A DNA stretch of 64,000 nucleotides from Octopus sinensis (taxonomy: Eukaryota), in the NCBI RefSeq assembly GCF_006345805.1, contig NC_043015.1, forward strand, positions 18,600,001 to 18,664,000, in the 5' to 3' direction. The notes under the pieces were generated by a model, which saw nothing but the letters and a program-made list of their open reading frames with translations, ran no database searches and was not told where the DNA came from. The position numbers and the translations under genes were made by a program. Shown here piece after piece: positions 1 to 12,681 of this stretch. Within the stretch, counting starts at the first letter, position 1. Each line of letters starts with the position of its first letter.

Positions 1-18
1 CTTCTTCTTCTTCTTCTT

Positions 19-47
<29 letters not shown>
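1..47. repeat. (CTT)n microsatellite
   Basis: Pure CTT run from the window start to about 47. Confidence 0.98.
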
Positions 48-49
<2 letters not shown>

Positions 50-2903
50 TTTGTTAGGTGGTATGATTTCTTGCTTGAATCGTTCAGCTTCCTTAAATAC
101 TGAGAACAGTTTTTTGTTTTGCTCGTGTTTTACCTCTATTTGTATCAGTTTTCCTTGCTTCTGAAGTAGATATTTTTGCAGTCCTATGGTGGTTATTTTA
201 TAGTAGTTTTCCAGCTGTATAAGGCCTCTACCACCTTCTATACGTTGTATATATAGCCTTTCTACGTCAGATTTTGGGTGATGCATCCTAGGTCCTGTCA
301 TTATTTTTCTTGTTTTCCTATCTATTTTGGTCAGTTCATTTAGTGTCCACTTAAGGATATTGTAGCTGTAACTTATAACTGGAACGGCTAATGTGTTAAT
401 ACCTATTATTTTGTTTTTAGCATTGAGCTCTGTTTTTAGTATTGACCTAACTCGTCTATAATATTCTTTTTTTATTTTCTCTTTCAATTGTGTGTGTTGT
501 ATCTTATCTAGTTCATGGATTCTTAAATATTTGTAAGTTTGGCTTTGGTCTAATTCTCTTATTTCATTGGCTTTATCTAGTGTGATGTTGCTACTCTTAA
601 CTAGTTTTCCTCTTTTCAGGGTTACTTTGGCACATTTTTCTAATCCAAATTTCATATCTATTTCTTTGGTGAATCCATGAACTGTCTTTAGTAGTGTTTC
701 CAGCTGTTTGTCACTTGTAGCGCATAGTTTTAGGTCATCCATATATAAAAGGTGGCTGATCGTTTTGCCGTAACATTTATATCCGCATCCAGTTCTATTT
801 ATCATATCAGATAGAGGTGACAGTGCCAAGCAGAAAAGGAGTGGAGATAGCGTGTCTCCCTGGAATATTCCTCTTCTGATGGGAATGGCTTTGGTTTTCA
901 CGAATCCCTCTTTTGTTTGGAGCTGTAGCACTGTCTGACATTTATTCGTAGAGTGTCCTATGTATTTTATAATTGTTGGTGCTACTTTGTTAATGGCTAG
1001 TGTTTCGAGGATCCATGTGTGGGGGATGCTATCAAACGCCTTTCGGTAGTCGATCCAGGCAATACTGAGGCCTTTCTTCTTTCTGTAGCTGTCTTCAGTT
1101 ATGGCTTTATTGATCATTAGTTGATCTTTACAGCCACATGAGCCCTTGCGGCATCCTTTCTGCTCTTCAGGAAACAGTTTGTTTTCGTCCAGGTGCTTGT
1201 TCAGCCTTTGCGATATCACTGCAGTAAATGCCTTGAACATAGTAGGGAGGCAGGTTATAGGTATGTAGTTTTCTGTTTTTGCTGTCTCATTTGATTTGGG
1301 AATTAAGATGGTTTTTCCCTTTTGTGAGCCATTCAGGCATTGTCTTTGGCTCTGCCAGTATGTTGTTAAAGTTTTCAGCCAGCTTTTTGTGCATTCCAGT
1401 CAGATATTTCAACCAGAAGTTGGGGATCTTGTCGTGTCCAGGTGCCTTCCAGTTGATTAGGCTTTGCAGTGCCTAGGTGACCTCTTCAGTTGTTATGGGG
1501 GTCCAGAGTTGCTCAGATGCCAAGTTTGTTGTATTAATACTCCCTTTCTGTGGTTGTTCATTCGCCGACCATACTTCTTTCCAGAATTCTTCCACTTCTT
1601 CTACCGTTGGTGCTGCTATTTTATTTTTGCCAAGTTCTTGGTAGAACTTTTTGGGGTTGGAGTTGAACTGTTTGTTTTGTTCAAAGAAACGTTGGCGTTT
1701 CTCATACCGGCGGATCCTTTGTGCTTTGGCAAGGACATATTGCTTTAGCTTTTCTTTTATCTCAGGTAAATCTTTTTCTGTGATGTTGTATTTGCATAGT
1801 ATTTTTGTTTTCTTTTTGTTGCATAGTAGCGTTGACTGTCTACTGATTTCGTTAAGAATCGACAGATCTTTTCTCATTTTTTGTATTTTTTTTAATGTTA
1901 TTTATCCACAGGGTTTGTTTGGGTGGTGGTACTCCTGTTTGGGTGGGTTTGAGTGAGTATCCATCATCTTTTGTGGCTGCTGCATATACTATCATTTAGC
2001 TCAGTGATATTGCTATTTGTTTCAGTGGCTATTAGTTCCGTGACGACTAGGTTTATGCTATTTATTATTGATGTTGTTTTTTTGTCTATTTTGATTTTTG
2101 GGAGGTATGGTCGGTGGTCCATTCTGAGATCTGTGGTTTTCAGTTCTTTGATTATACTACTTTTTATAGTATCATAATCATTAGGCTCCCCTTCGTTGTT
2201 TCCAGGTTTTAGATTTGTGCCGCTTTCTTTCTCATTCGTATGTTTTTCTGTCGTGTTTTGGTTTGCTGCTTTTCGTACGGTCTGGGTTTGTTGGTTTTTG
2301 TTGGGAATGTTACGTTTGTCTTCGTGTTTTACTAACTCAGTGTTTATATTATTTGGCATTGTTGTGTGACTTCTATCTACATTTTCCTGGTGTATTTTTT
2401 CTTGTAAATGTTCTATTTCTATTTCTGATATTTTTTTTGCGTTGAGAATATATCTTCGTATGCTAGCTAGTTTATTAGGGTTCATTGCTGTATCCAAGTC
2501 TTTATTTATGTTATTTTTCTTCCATATTTTATATGTATATGTTGTTGTGTTTTCGTTCTTTGGGTAGAGCACTGCTGTACAGTAAGCGTGTAGGATTGAA
2601 ATATATTCCTCACGTGTCCATTTATGCCTTTTTGGTCTTATTTGCGGGACATAAGGAACAACTTCCGGCCCTTTGTTTTGACGGTCATCATTTTCGTAGG
2701 GTACCAGTTCGTTCATTTCTGTTGCCACATTGTTCTGTGCGTGCAGTTTTTCGTACATTTTGTGTAGCAAGTTCAAAGTACGCACTTCCTGATTGTTATT
2801 CTTGGGTTGAATAATACCGGTATTATTTAATCTATTTATAATATTTTGTACATGGTGTTTGGGGTTGGAGATGATCTGGTGCTGATAGATCGTAGATCTA
2901 TCA
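47..2903 (-). mobile_element. R4/Dong-clade non-LTR retrotransposon; N-terminus to RT, degenerate, 3' endonuclease part absent in window
   Basis: ORFs 1964-2785 (RHKWTREEY N-terminal motif), 1473-1877 (KAQRIRRYEKRQRFFEQNKQF) and 47-1240 with RT motifs EQKGCRKG, WIDYRKAFDSIPH, GIFQGDTLSPLLF, HLLYMDDLKL, YKYL, HPKSDVERLY..GGRGL. The 5' end abuts (TTA)n at 2904. Confidence 0.92.

Positions 2904-2954
<51 letters not shown>
2904..2954. repeat. (TTA)n microsatellite between two Dong pieces
   Basis: Pure TTA run. Confidence 0.97.
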
Positions 2955-2957
<3 letters not shown>

Positions 2958-3215
2958 TAGACTCATTTTTATCACGTGCTCTAACTGCACTACCGAGCGC
3001 AGTTCTGTGTGCCTTAGGTATGTGCTGTGGTTTGTTGTAATGCTCTTATTATTACTGTATTGAAAGTGGTGTACGTAGGATGTGTGCGGTGCCTAGTAGT
3101 GTTATTTTCTGTATGTTATATATACTTGTTAGTGCCGATGTTTTTGTTATGTATTTGAATATTTTTTAATCATGCCTAATGCGCCTACTATGATAAGAAT
3201 TGTTTCTGTCTTTAA
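2955..3215 (-). mobile_element. R4/Dong 3' end fragment (same family as 44405-44772)
   Basis: Reverse complement encodes the C-terminal NIQKITLLGTAHILR motif plus a 3' UTR matching 44545-44772, and ends in an AAT tail. Confidence 0.85.
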
Positions 3216-3225
3216 ACTCCACACT

Positions 3226-3810
3226 CGAGAGCTAGCAGAATCGTTAGCACAACAGTCAAGATGCTTAGCGGCAATTCGTCCGCCTTTATGTTCTGAGTTC
3301 AAATTCCGTCTAGGTCGACTTTGCCTTTCATCTCTCGGGATCGTTAAAATAAATACCAGTCAAGTACTGGAGTCGAGATAATCGACTAACCCCACCCCCC
3401 AAATTTCAGGTCTTTTGCCTATCGTGACACTCCGTCGGTTACGACGATGACGGTTCCAGTTGATCCGATCAACGGAACAGCCTCCTCGTGAAATTAACGT
3501 GCAAATGGCTGAGCACTCCACAGACACGTGTACACTTAACGTAGTTCTCAGGGAGATTCAGCGTGACACAGAGTGTGACAAGGCTGGTCCTTTGAAATAC
3601 AGGTACAACAGAAACAAGAAGAAAGCGTGAGAGAAAGTACAGCAGGGTTCGTCACCATCTCCTGCCGGAGCCCCGTGGAGCTTAAGATGTTTTCGCTCAA
3701 TAAACACTCACAACGCCCGGTCTGGGAATCGAAACCGCGATCCTACGACGAGAGTCCACTGTCCTAATCACTGGGCTATTGCGCCTCCACCTTTTGTAGA
3801 AAAGATTATT
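3226..3810 (+). mobile_element. SINE family 1 copy interrupted by a nested SINE
   Basis: GAGCTAGCAGAATCGTTAGCAC...GTCGACTTTGCCTTTCATC body at 3226-3425. The tail GTAGAAAAGATTATTATT resumes at about 3796. Confidence 0.85.
3424..3790 (-). mobile_element. tRNA-derived SINE (family 3), nested in SINE family 1
   Basis: Minus strand starts GTGGAGGCGCAATAGCCCAGTGATTAGG (A-box-like) ... GGTTTCGATTCCC (B-box-like). Confidence 0.8.
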
Positions 3811-4299
3811 ATTATTAATGTGGTAGTAGTAGTGGTAGTATTATTACTACAACTAATATTAGTGGTAGTAATAACAGCAGTAGTGAAATTAATAGCAGCT
3901 GCAGACGTAGCAGAAGTATGTATAGTAGTAGTGTTAACTGTGACAGTGTTTGTTAATCGAATTTTGTAAAGACTTCTTTCAAACAACCGATTCTTGACTC
4001 ACATTAGACTTCCAAGTTGTTACTGTACATTGTTGCTGTTGTTGTAGTCAGGTAAATAACGAAGAATAACAATATATTCAGGCAGGCAGATCGACAAACA
4101 AAATTTGCCAAAGTGACATTGTTGTTGTTGCTGATGATGATGATGTTTCACTTGCGTAAAAAGCAACGAATAACATTAGATGCAAGCAGATAAATGGAAT
4201 TTACGACAGAACCAGTGACGAAGTCAATCGTATAAATACTGCCGTTGCATTGTTTCGCTGTGTTTCGTTTTTGATGAAAAGTAAATACGCAGATTTGTT

Positions 4300-4510
4300 T
4301 TGTATGTATGTATGTATGTATGTATGTATGTATGTATGTATGTATGTATGTATGTATGTATGTATCTATGTATGTATGCATGCATGCATGCATGCATGTA
4401 TGTATGTATGTATGTATGTATTATGTATGTATGTATGTATTATGTATGTATGTATGTATGTATGTATGTATGTATGTATGTATGTATGTACGTACGTGTG
4501 TGTGTGTATG
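4300..4510. repeat. (TATG)n microsatellite with (ATGC)n and (TG)n segments
   Basis: Visible tetranucleotide run. It explains the MYVC-type spurious ORFs. Confidence 0.97.
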
Positions 4511-4597
4511 AATTTATATATATATGTATGTACGTGTGTATTTATGTAAATGTATTGTTTCCTGTTATTTAAGTTTTTCTCTCTTTATTGGGAAACC

Positions 4598-4652
4598 CTT
4601 CAAGGCAGTGCCCCTGCATGGCCGCAGTCCAATAGCTGAAAGAAGTGAAAGA
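4598..4652 (+). mobile_element. 3' tail fragment of SINE family 2
   Basis: AAGGCAGTGCCCCTGCATGGCCGCAGTCCAATAGCTGAAAGAAGTGAAAGA matches the tail of the copies at 31237-31661 and 55363-55743. Confidence 0.65.
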
Positions 4653-5039
4653 CGAAAGCTATAAAAAAATTATGGTATTGAAGCCGATATCGAAGAAAGA
4701 GAGAAGGCTCTCTTGTCAAAATAGGTCTTGGGTTTCGTGGATATGAGAATTGGTTAGTTGAATGGGTGTGTGTGTGCATGTGGATAAATTTGCACTCGTG
4801 TAGTGGGTTTACGTGTCAATTTATCCCACAAGTATGCCTGTGTATGTGTGTGCTTGTGCGTGCGCGTTCATCATTACTGTTTATGTGTGTATGTATGTCT
4901 GTATATTCCGTATGTGTATGCGTTCAACCCTGGGATCTTTAAAATATATTATTGCACTGCTAATTGATTGGATTTGGAGAATGTGAACCAGTTTGCTTTG
5001 CACTTTTTTAAAAAAAACTTTTGCACTTCCACGTTTTTA

Positions 5040-5680
5040 TGTAAATATATTGTTACATACTCCAGTGTACCTGGAGCAGCCTGGATATAACGGTTTTAAG
5101 ATTTTCATTAGTTTTCCTTTTCCCCAAAACATCCAATGTTGCTAGCTTGCGGATTATGCGGTCATGCATAATTTCCTTATATGATGAGTATTTCTCTTCT
5201 AAACTTTTGTTTATATGGATCAGTTCTGCTACCTTTGGTTCACATGGAACAGCTCCACAGAGTTCTTCGCTTAGTGTTATAATATTATTTCACTGTTAAG
5301 TTTACCCATTTGTACTAATTTCTCTCAACTCTTCTTTCTGTGCTGTCAAAATAATACGATGCGGTACTGAAAGGCAATGTCGACTCAACCTCTGCCCCTC
5401 CCCTTCCGTTTATCATATATCTTCTCATGGTCACTGGTGATGTGCAAGCTACTGGTACTTTGTTAGTATCTTTCTAGTTCCTAGGTCCAAGTTGCAAATT
5501 TCTTCAAGCTTCCCGTGTAGTAAATGTTGGAAGTAGCATTGGCACTGCAAAATCATTGTGGGATAAATTTTTATTGAATGTAGACAACTCTAGCTCCCAT
5601 ATCTTCAACAGTCTGTTGAAGTACTCCTTTGTTACTCTAGTTTTACTCAGCCCCCGCAGTACGTTAATTCGAAGTATTTG
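5040..5680 (-). mobile_element. Old R4/Dong RT fragment
   Basis: Minus-strand reading KTRVTKEYFNRLLKIWELELSTFNKNLSHNDFAVP...NLDLGTRKILT resembles the KEY.RRVR.IL.SEL...NK...N..AVP block of the other Dong ORFs here. Many stops and frameshifts. Confidence 0.7.
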
Positions 5681-6133
5681 TTACATTCATCATTGATAAC
5701 AGGCAAGATAAACAAGCAAATGATATCCATTTTATTTAACTGGTCAACAGTCTTTTCCCGTTTGACTCCTTATGACTCCTTATGACCAAGCATCATTTCT
5801 ACGTCTTTGTTATCTATCAAAACAGGTATCTCATCTCTTTTCCTACTTTTTCCGTTAGCTATGGAGATGGAAATAAAAGAAAAGGAAATAATAAATAGAA
5901 TCAATATTAAAAGTGACAAGACTACGCTATACTATAAGCGGATATGTTCATGACGTTATGTGACTGCGTGTATTATGCATGCATATATATACATATATAT
6001 ATATGGAAAATTGTACGGGTTCGAATGAGACTTACAAAATCTTGAAAACTGAATGGATAAATTGATAGTTCGAGTTGTCATGTCGCGGTATACGCGTTCC
6101 AGGAAAGTTTCTAAATGTCAATATTAATGGATG

Positions 6134-6343
6134 CTAGGCGATGCGCTGGCAGAATCGTTAGCACTCCGGCAAAATGCTTAGCAGCATTTCGTCCGTCTTT
6201 ACGTTCTCAGTTCAAATTCCGCCGAGGTCGACTTCGTCTTTCATCTTTTCCCGATCGATAAATTAAGTATCAGCGAAGTACTGGGATCGATGTAATAGAC
6301 TCACCCTCTCCCTCAAAATTGTTGGCCTTGTGCCAAAATTTGA
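6134..6343 (+). mobile_element. SINE family 1, full length, with 14-bp target site duplication
   Basis: Family-1 body flanked by AATATTAATGGATG at 6120-6133 and 6344-6357. Confidence 0.92.
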
Positions 6344-6663
6344 AATATTAATGGATGACATTCTGTACTGTTTGGAAATATTTACACGAAATATAAAAAG
6401 AATGTCTTTAAAAATAATAACTAAAAAATTATTGAAGGAGTAATTATTTAGAGTAATACGCTTATGTGTTGGTGAGGTTTTGCAATTATACATATTAGGG
6501 AATAATAGGTGGGTATTTACATTATGTTCATATTTTTTATGAAATTATATGCGAATATTCGAACTGATACAATTTAAATATAATCTAAGTACTACTTAAA
6601 GTGCTACTAAGTACTACATGAAAGTTTGGAAAGCCATTCTCGGCACTTATCAGAAGAGATAAC

Positions 6664-7221
6664 TGGGAAGGTCAAGCGACGGCTCTTTGCCTTTGGACGC
6701 AAGAAAATGTTAGGTCCAGTTTGTGGGTTGTCGTATGAAAAAACCGGAACGAAAAACCGTTGGAGAGACCTAAAAAAAGATTTTTGGTTTTGTTCGCTTG
6801 TTACGCTCATTGGATAGGTAAATGCCTGTGGAGCGGCGTAGGGGTTGGGGTGTATGCAGGATGGGATTGTATGAGGTTTGCTACACCAAGATTATTATAT
6901 ACATATACAAACACATACACGTTCATACGTGATTTTAAGATTGGTCCCTCCCATCCCCACTAACCTCCTCCCACGCACATACATCACCCCGCTATCCCGC
7001 ATGTACCCACTCTGTATTTTACGCTATACACCATGATGGTACTGTATGCTCCCTATCCAAGGGGCTTAATTCTAACGAACAAAAGAGTTCTTCTTTGGGT
7101 TTCATCCGTGGCTTTTCCATTCCGGTTTTTACGATACCGGCAAAACGGTTGTGGCACTTCAGGACCATCACCAAACTTTTTCTCTCAGCCCTTTTGGCGA
7201 GTGGTGAGATTGATCTTCCCA
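6664..7221. repeat. Degenerate long inverted repeat (old fold-back/MITE-like element)
   Basis: Collinear shared words between 6664-6870 and the reverse complement of 6948-7221: TGGGAAG(G/A)TCAA, AAAAACCGGAA, TTTTGTTCG, TTGGATAGG, then G-rich versus C-rich blocks. Confidence 0.6.
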
Positions 7222-7337
7222 ATGCCCTGTGTACGAAATCGATTAGTAAATTTGACAGACATGGATCAATATTGTATAAATATCAATAAACCTCACTATC
7301 GACAAAAATATAGACATCTGAAATTTTCATAGATTCT

Positions 7338-7339
<2 letters not shown>

Positions 7340-7409
<70 letters not shown>
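7340..7409. repeat. (TA)n microsatellite
   Basis: Visible run. Confidence 0.97.
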
Positions 7410-7412
<3 letters not shown>

Positions 7413-7518
7413 CTCACAGAAGCTGAAGTACCAGCTTTTTGCTCCCCTTTATAAGCCTTATATATCTATCTATAGCGGGAAAAGGCACACACGCAAACAT
7501 GCTTGTATTTGCACATAA

Positions 7519-7552
<34 letters not shown>

Positions 7553-7718
7553 TTTTTTTTTTTTTTTTAACCCCTCCCTTTTTTTTAGTCCTCTTTCTTT
7601 CCTTTTACGATCCCTTTTGATCGAAAACCACCACTCCCTTTTTTAACCCCCAAAAGAAAAGCTCTACCTTGTAATTTGTTCTATCTGTGTGCAGCCCTGT
7701 GTGGCTAATAAAGAAACA

Positions 7719-7850
<132 letters not shown>

Positions 7851-10331
7851 TTGTTGATGTTCAGTACCAGGCCTGTCTTGATCTAATAGAGCTATGATTA
7901 CAGGCATGATTCTGGCGGTGATCAATCCCTTTGTTCTGAATTTCCGAAGTATCATTATCTAAAATGGCAAGGTGTAATATTAGGGTGGATTGGCTACACT
8001 TCTAGCAGGTCAAGAACATTAGAATAGTTGTTTTAAGCTTGGATTTTTTTCCCCTTATTTAATGCAAAATGATTGACGTCAAGAATATTATTAACAAAGG
8101 TTGCAAATAACAAACAACACCCCACAAAGCGATTATAAATACACCAAAATCAAATTTCTCTTTCAAGCTTACATTTGAATATTGAAAACAGATTTTACTT
8201 CTGGTGATGTCTTGTAAAAAATAACTTGACATGAAGACTAATGAAGCAACGTTAACTGCAGCATAATACATATTCTGCCATTAACGCCGTCGCCACACTC
8301 ACCACCATTAAACTACAGCTATCATCCAAAAGAACATTTGCATCAGTTTAAGTTACAAGTCACGTCTCAAGTTATTTCGAACTAAACAAATTTAGCAGTT
8401 GATCAGATATAAAGTGTCGGAAAAGCTGAGTGGAGGCGGCGCTGATGTTTTAGTTAAAGAATTGTGGGGGCTGTATTTTTTCACGCTTCCTGTGCTATGG
8501 AAGTAGCGATTCACTTAACCGGTAAAAAAGAAAAAAAGATATGGTGTATGAGGAAGAAAGAAAGAGAGACAAAATGAGACGGAAGGAAGAAAAAGTTAAT
8601 AGTTTCAGTATGGCTGTTCACCTTGGTGTATATTGTGTTAAACAAATGAGACACAAAGCACAAACTATCCGTTGGATTGTATGCTAGAAAACATAAGAAA
8701 TTTGTGTACCTATTCCTGAACAATGTATACTTTATATAATGGTAGACAAATACTTTACTTTATGTGGTCTAATGCCTAAAAATGATCAGGAGGAATCGGT
8801 AGGTGTTACTGTGAGGAACGTGTGATCGAATTTAAAGAATCAGTTATTATTGATACGACAGTGCTAATGCTACAAAATCTCTCAAAATATGTTAGACTTC
8901 GGAATGTAGTTACCATAAGCATGTGAAGTACCGTTGGTCTAATATTCCTTTCGTAATATTGCCATCGATGATCTACTGTGTATCTGTTACTGAATTGTCT
9001 TTCACAAAATGAACAGAGAATTAAAAGATACCATCAGTCACGAATTTACTTGTAATTTACTGTTGGTGAAGATGGCAAAAAAAGTTCTGCAGATAAATCT
9101 CCCAACTTTTCAATCAATAGTTACTGATTTAGCTATATTGATGTAAACTACATGAAAATATTAGTTAACTGAAAAATATTTTTTTGGAACCCCATCATGT
9201 AATATCTCAAGAGCGTAATATCTCTTGCTGAATACAGAACCTGAGACACTGAAGCGAAATGACCTAAGATTCGAACCTGATAGGATCGATTCAGTAAACT
9301 ATGATACTCATGTCTAAGTAATTGACCGTGTGTGTTTTTCAACTGGCTGAGTGTGCCGGGGTAACTTCAGATAATTTTTATTTGACTTTTCTATTTTTCC
9401 TAGTCTTCTCTGGTATGACTTTCATAGTCACTTATGTAATCCTGTTTTTTCTTTACTACACCTTCCTTTTTCTATTTTGCATGTCATTTTCAAATTTCTC
9501 CTCATTCATGTTTTCCCAAAAGACAATTGGGGAACGATTATACTAGCAAAGACGGTAATTTATCACAAGAATGACACATGAAATCCGTAACGGAAGGAAA
9601 CAGCTTTTGAGGCCATCGTAAATTTCCAACATGCACAAACCTCTGAGACGAAAAGTCATCATCTTCGAATTCTGAAAATTATCAAATGTTATTATAATTT
9701 TGGTTTTCATCTATTTATCACTGAAACTTACACACAAATGTGCACGAAGAGCAGTATCTGCTAACTTAGGCAAATGAGTTGCTTTGACGTTCATACATTT
9801 CTCAGATGGATTTCAAGTAAAACTGAAGTAAAACAAAAATTCAAATCAGAATCGAAGCTGTATTAAAACAGTAATTAACTGTATTTTAGAGTCTCTTTGC
9901 CAGGAGCTTGCTTCTATTTTCAACATCAGTTGCTTGAATTATTGATGTTATTTCTACAGAAAACTACAGCTCTAGAATTTTGTGCAGAAGAGTAAAAACT
10001 GGAAGTCGCAGAGCTGATATCTCTCAGAGAAACTATTCCGCGTGGCAATCGAAACTATGTCATCGGCTTTACTAATCAAATATCACACCTATGCATTCCA
10101 TTAAAAAAAAATCATTAGGCCAGTACTGCTGATACGCTTGCGACATTCTATATATAACAGCAGTACATTTAATTTGGATGTCACGCATATTTTAAGCATT
10201 CGTATTATTAACCGAAATAATCATAAAAATATCGAGCATGTATTTATTTGATAACAGATCATTAATTCTAAATTCACATTGAAACAGCTCCAGTTTCTAT
10301 TTTCAGTTTTAATCAATTATGATAGAGGGAA

Positions 10332-10333
<2 letters not shown>

Positions 10334-10414
<81 letters not shown>
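10334..10414. repeat. (GA)n microsatellite
   Basis: Visible run. Confidence 0.97.
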
Positions 10415-10415
<1 letters not shown>

Positions 10416-11909
10416 GTTTTTGCTTACCTTTCCTTTTAATAATAATTTGCTCATAAAATAATATTTTTTCATGCTGATATTTCCCCCATAACAATGACAC
10501 AATTGAAAGAATTATGCGAAGAATAAGAAAACATACAAAAGCATAATTTTATTGCAAATTGATTCTTAGCCAAGGCAGAAATGATTCATTCACACAGTTT
10601 TGCTCTCATTATGAAAGATTGCAAAGAGAATCTCACCTTCAATTGTCAAGAAATATGACCGACAGTGATTCATTCAACAAACAGCCATCAAAAAGGATAT
10701 TTGCTGCATCTAATGAACCATATAATGGGTCCTCGCATTTCAGTTAATTTTTAACAACAAGAAAGCAATAAATATTTTAATGACTTGTTTATAGGGTCTA
10801 GTACAGTAGGCGCTTGTGTTGAATGCTAAGCATCTCATGAAACCAACACATGCAACATTCAGACACAAAACTGATGGCATATATCACATATTCCTTTTAT
10901 TGTAGATAATATTACAATACTCTATAGAGAGTGGAAAAATATAATGACTGAGACACTCTACATTACAAGAGAAAGCAACCGTTCAATGTTCAGTTGCTGT
11001 ATAGTGACATTTATTTCTGAAAGGCTTACTTTATCTTTTTATGAATTCAACACAAATATACTAGTAACCATATTTTTTGATAACGAAATTCTGTTCATTC
11101 ATTCTGCCCCACATACCTCCCCCAAAAGGGGGAAAAATGAAGGAAATGTGTACTAATCTTCGTGGAAAATTTCCTTTGTACATGATTTCCATGACCTCTT
11201 AGATAGTAAAGAAAAAATGTGCCTTCGAGCTTACTTTTCGCATATGAAACTCATTGCAGAATTTATTTTCAATACCAGAAGCTAATGAAATATGTTATAT
11301 AATGCTTATGTTGCATGTACTAGTAACTTACACTACTTAATATTCCTATTTATAACTAGGTAGACTGATCAATTTAAGAGTTATGTATGTTGAATACGGA
11401 CCCTGAGAAGTACCAGTGACCCAATATGAGCCATTGACACGGACGACTGCGGCTCTTAGTCATGCTAATATATGTAATAACTGTTTCAAGACAAATGGTG
11501 AAGTTATTTGATGTTTTTTTAAAAAATAAGTAAATGATAATCGAGCATACGATCCTAGAAGTTTTCAGACACTCTAACTATGAGCTATAATCCATGACAA
11601 TTACAAAAGGTTTTATTTGTTTTCTAGGTATACAACCGCAAGGAACATGACATAACTTTCACAAGAGCGTTAGCGGAATAAGTAGTCTTTAATAGCCTTA
11701 AACCGTAATTAGGAATTAAATGATAGATTAAACTTCATGGATTCATTTTACCACATGAGACGCAAAAATTAAATGTTTCAAAATATTAGCGAGGAAGGTA
11801 TAATACAGACAGACGGAACTTAAAATTGGTCTAAATTTGTCTAGTTCGTGTAAAAGGTGAAAAATGAAATGTATTTATGGCCTCTGTATATTCTTACTTG
11901 TAAAAGAAT

Positions 11910-11983
11910 GCGACTTAGTGGTTAGGGTATTCGGCTCACTATTGTAAAGTCGTGAGTTCGATTCCCGGCGGCGCGTTGTGTCC
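11910..11983 (+). mobile_element. tRNA-derived SINE head (family 4), truncated
   Basis: A-box-like TAGTGGTTAGG (11916-11926) and B-box GTTCGATTCC (11956-11965), followed by GGCGCGTTGTGTCC. Related to the copy at 56665-56895. Confidence 0.75.
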
Positions 11984-12681
11984 AGTTCATTCAGTGGACA
12001 AAAATGAGTTATTTTTTGCCAAAAGCTTAGAGATACTCAAGCTCAAACCATCCAGAAGATTCAGCAAGCCTTTTAGCGGATCAAAGGGTGGCAAAACCGC
12101 TCAAACATGGCCGCATCTCAGTGGAGAGCAAGGCACGCTCAGGTAGACCATCTACAAGCCGAAATGAGGTGCTGATTGAGAATGTTCGGCGAATAATCAT
12201 GGAAGAACGTCATGTAACGGTTCAGAAAATTACTCATAAAGTGGGAATAAGCAGAAGATCAGTTCCATCCATTTTAACAGAGGATTTGTGCTTGCAGGGA
12301 GTGTCTGCAAAAAATAAAGTCGGATACTTTTTTGAACGCATCAATTAATCCAAGCTTTCTTGGTCAAGAACAACGCGCCACTTGTTCGACAGGCTCCCTA
12401 TTCTCCCGACTTGGCGCCGTGTGACTTCTGGCCTTTTTACAAACAGAAAACCACGCTGAAAGGGAAGCGATTTGAATCGTGAGATGAAATTATGAGAAAA
12501 GCGACGGTGGAGCTCCATAGCATTTCACAGAAGGCACTCCAGAGGTGTTACCAGCAGTGGTATACTCGTTGGGGAGATGTATGTGAACTTCCAAAGGGAG
12601 TTTGTTGAAGGTGAATAAATAAAATTTGTGAAATGTACAAAATTTTCCAGGGGTCGCATATTTTTTTCGACGTACCTCGTA
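11984..12681 (+). mobile_element. Mariner (DD34D-type) transposon remnant with internal deletion
   Basis: Reads ..KARSGRPSTSRNE.. (HTH linker) and CAGGCTCCCTATTCTCCCGACTTGGCGCCGTGTGACTTC (QAPYSPDLAPCDF). Ends ...ACCTCG|TA like a mariner TIR plus TA. Confidence 0.88.

Noticed and set aside
4148-4572. Several 60-100 aa ORFs (MYVC..., HTYI...)
   Set aside because: They are translations of the (TATG)n microsatellite. The same applies to the poly-Y/I/L/N/M/S/R and HT/CV/YI/LS ORFs over the other simple repeats throughout the window.
10559-11156. Short ORFs 10559-10747 and 10944-11156
   Set aside because: No motifs, no splice support, and stops in the protein-like opposite-strand frame.
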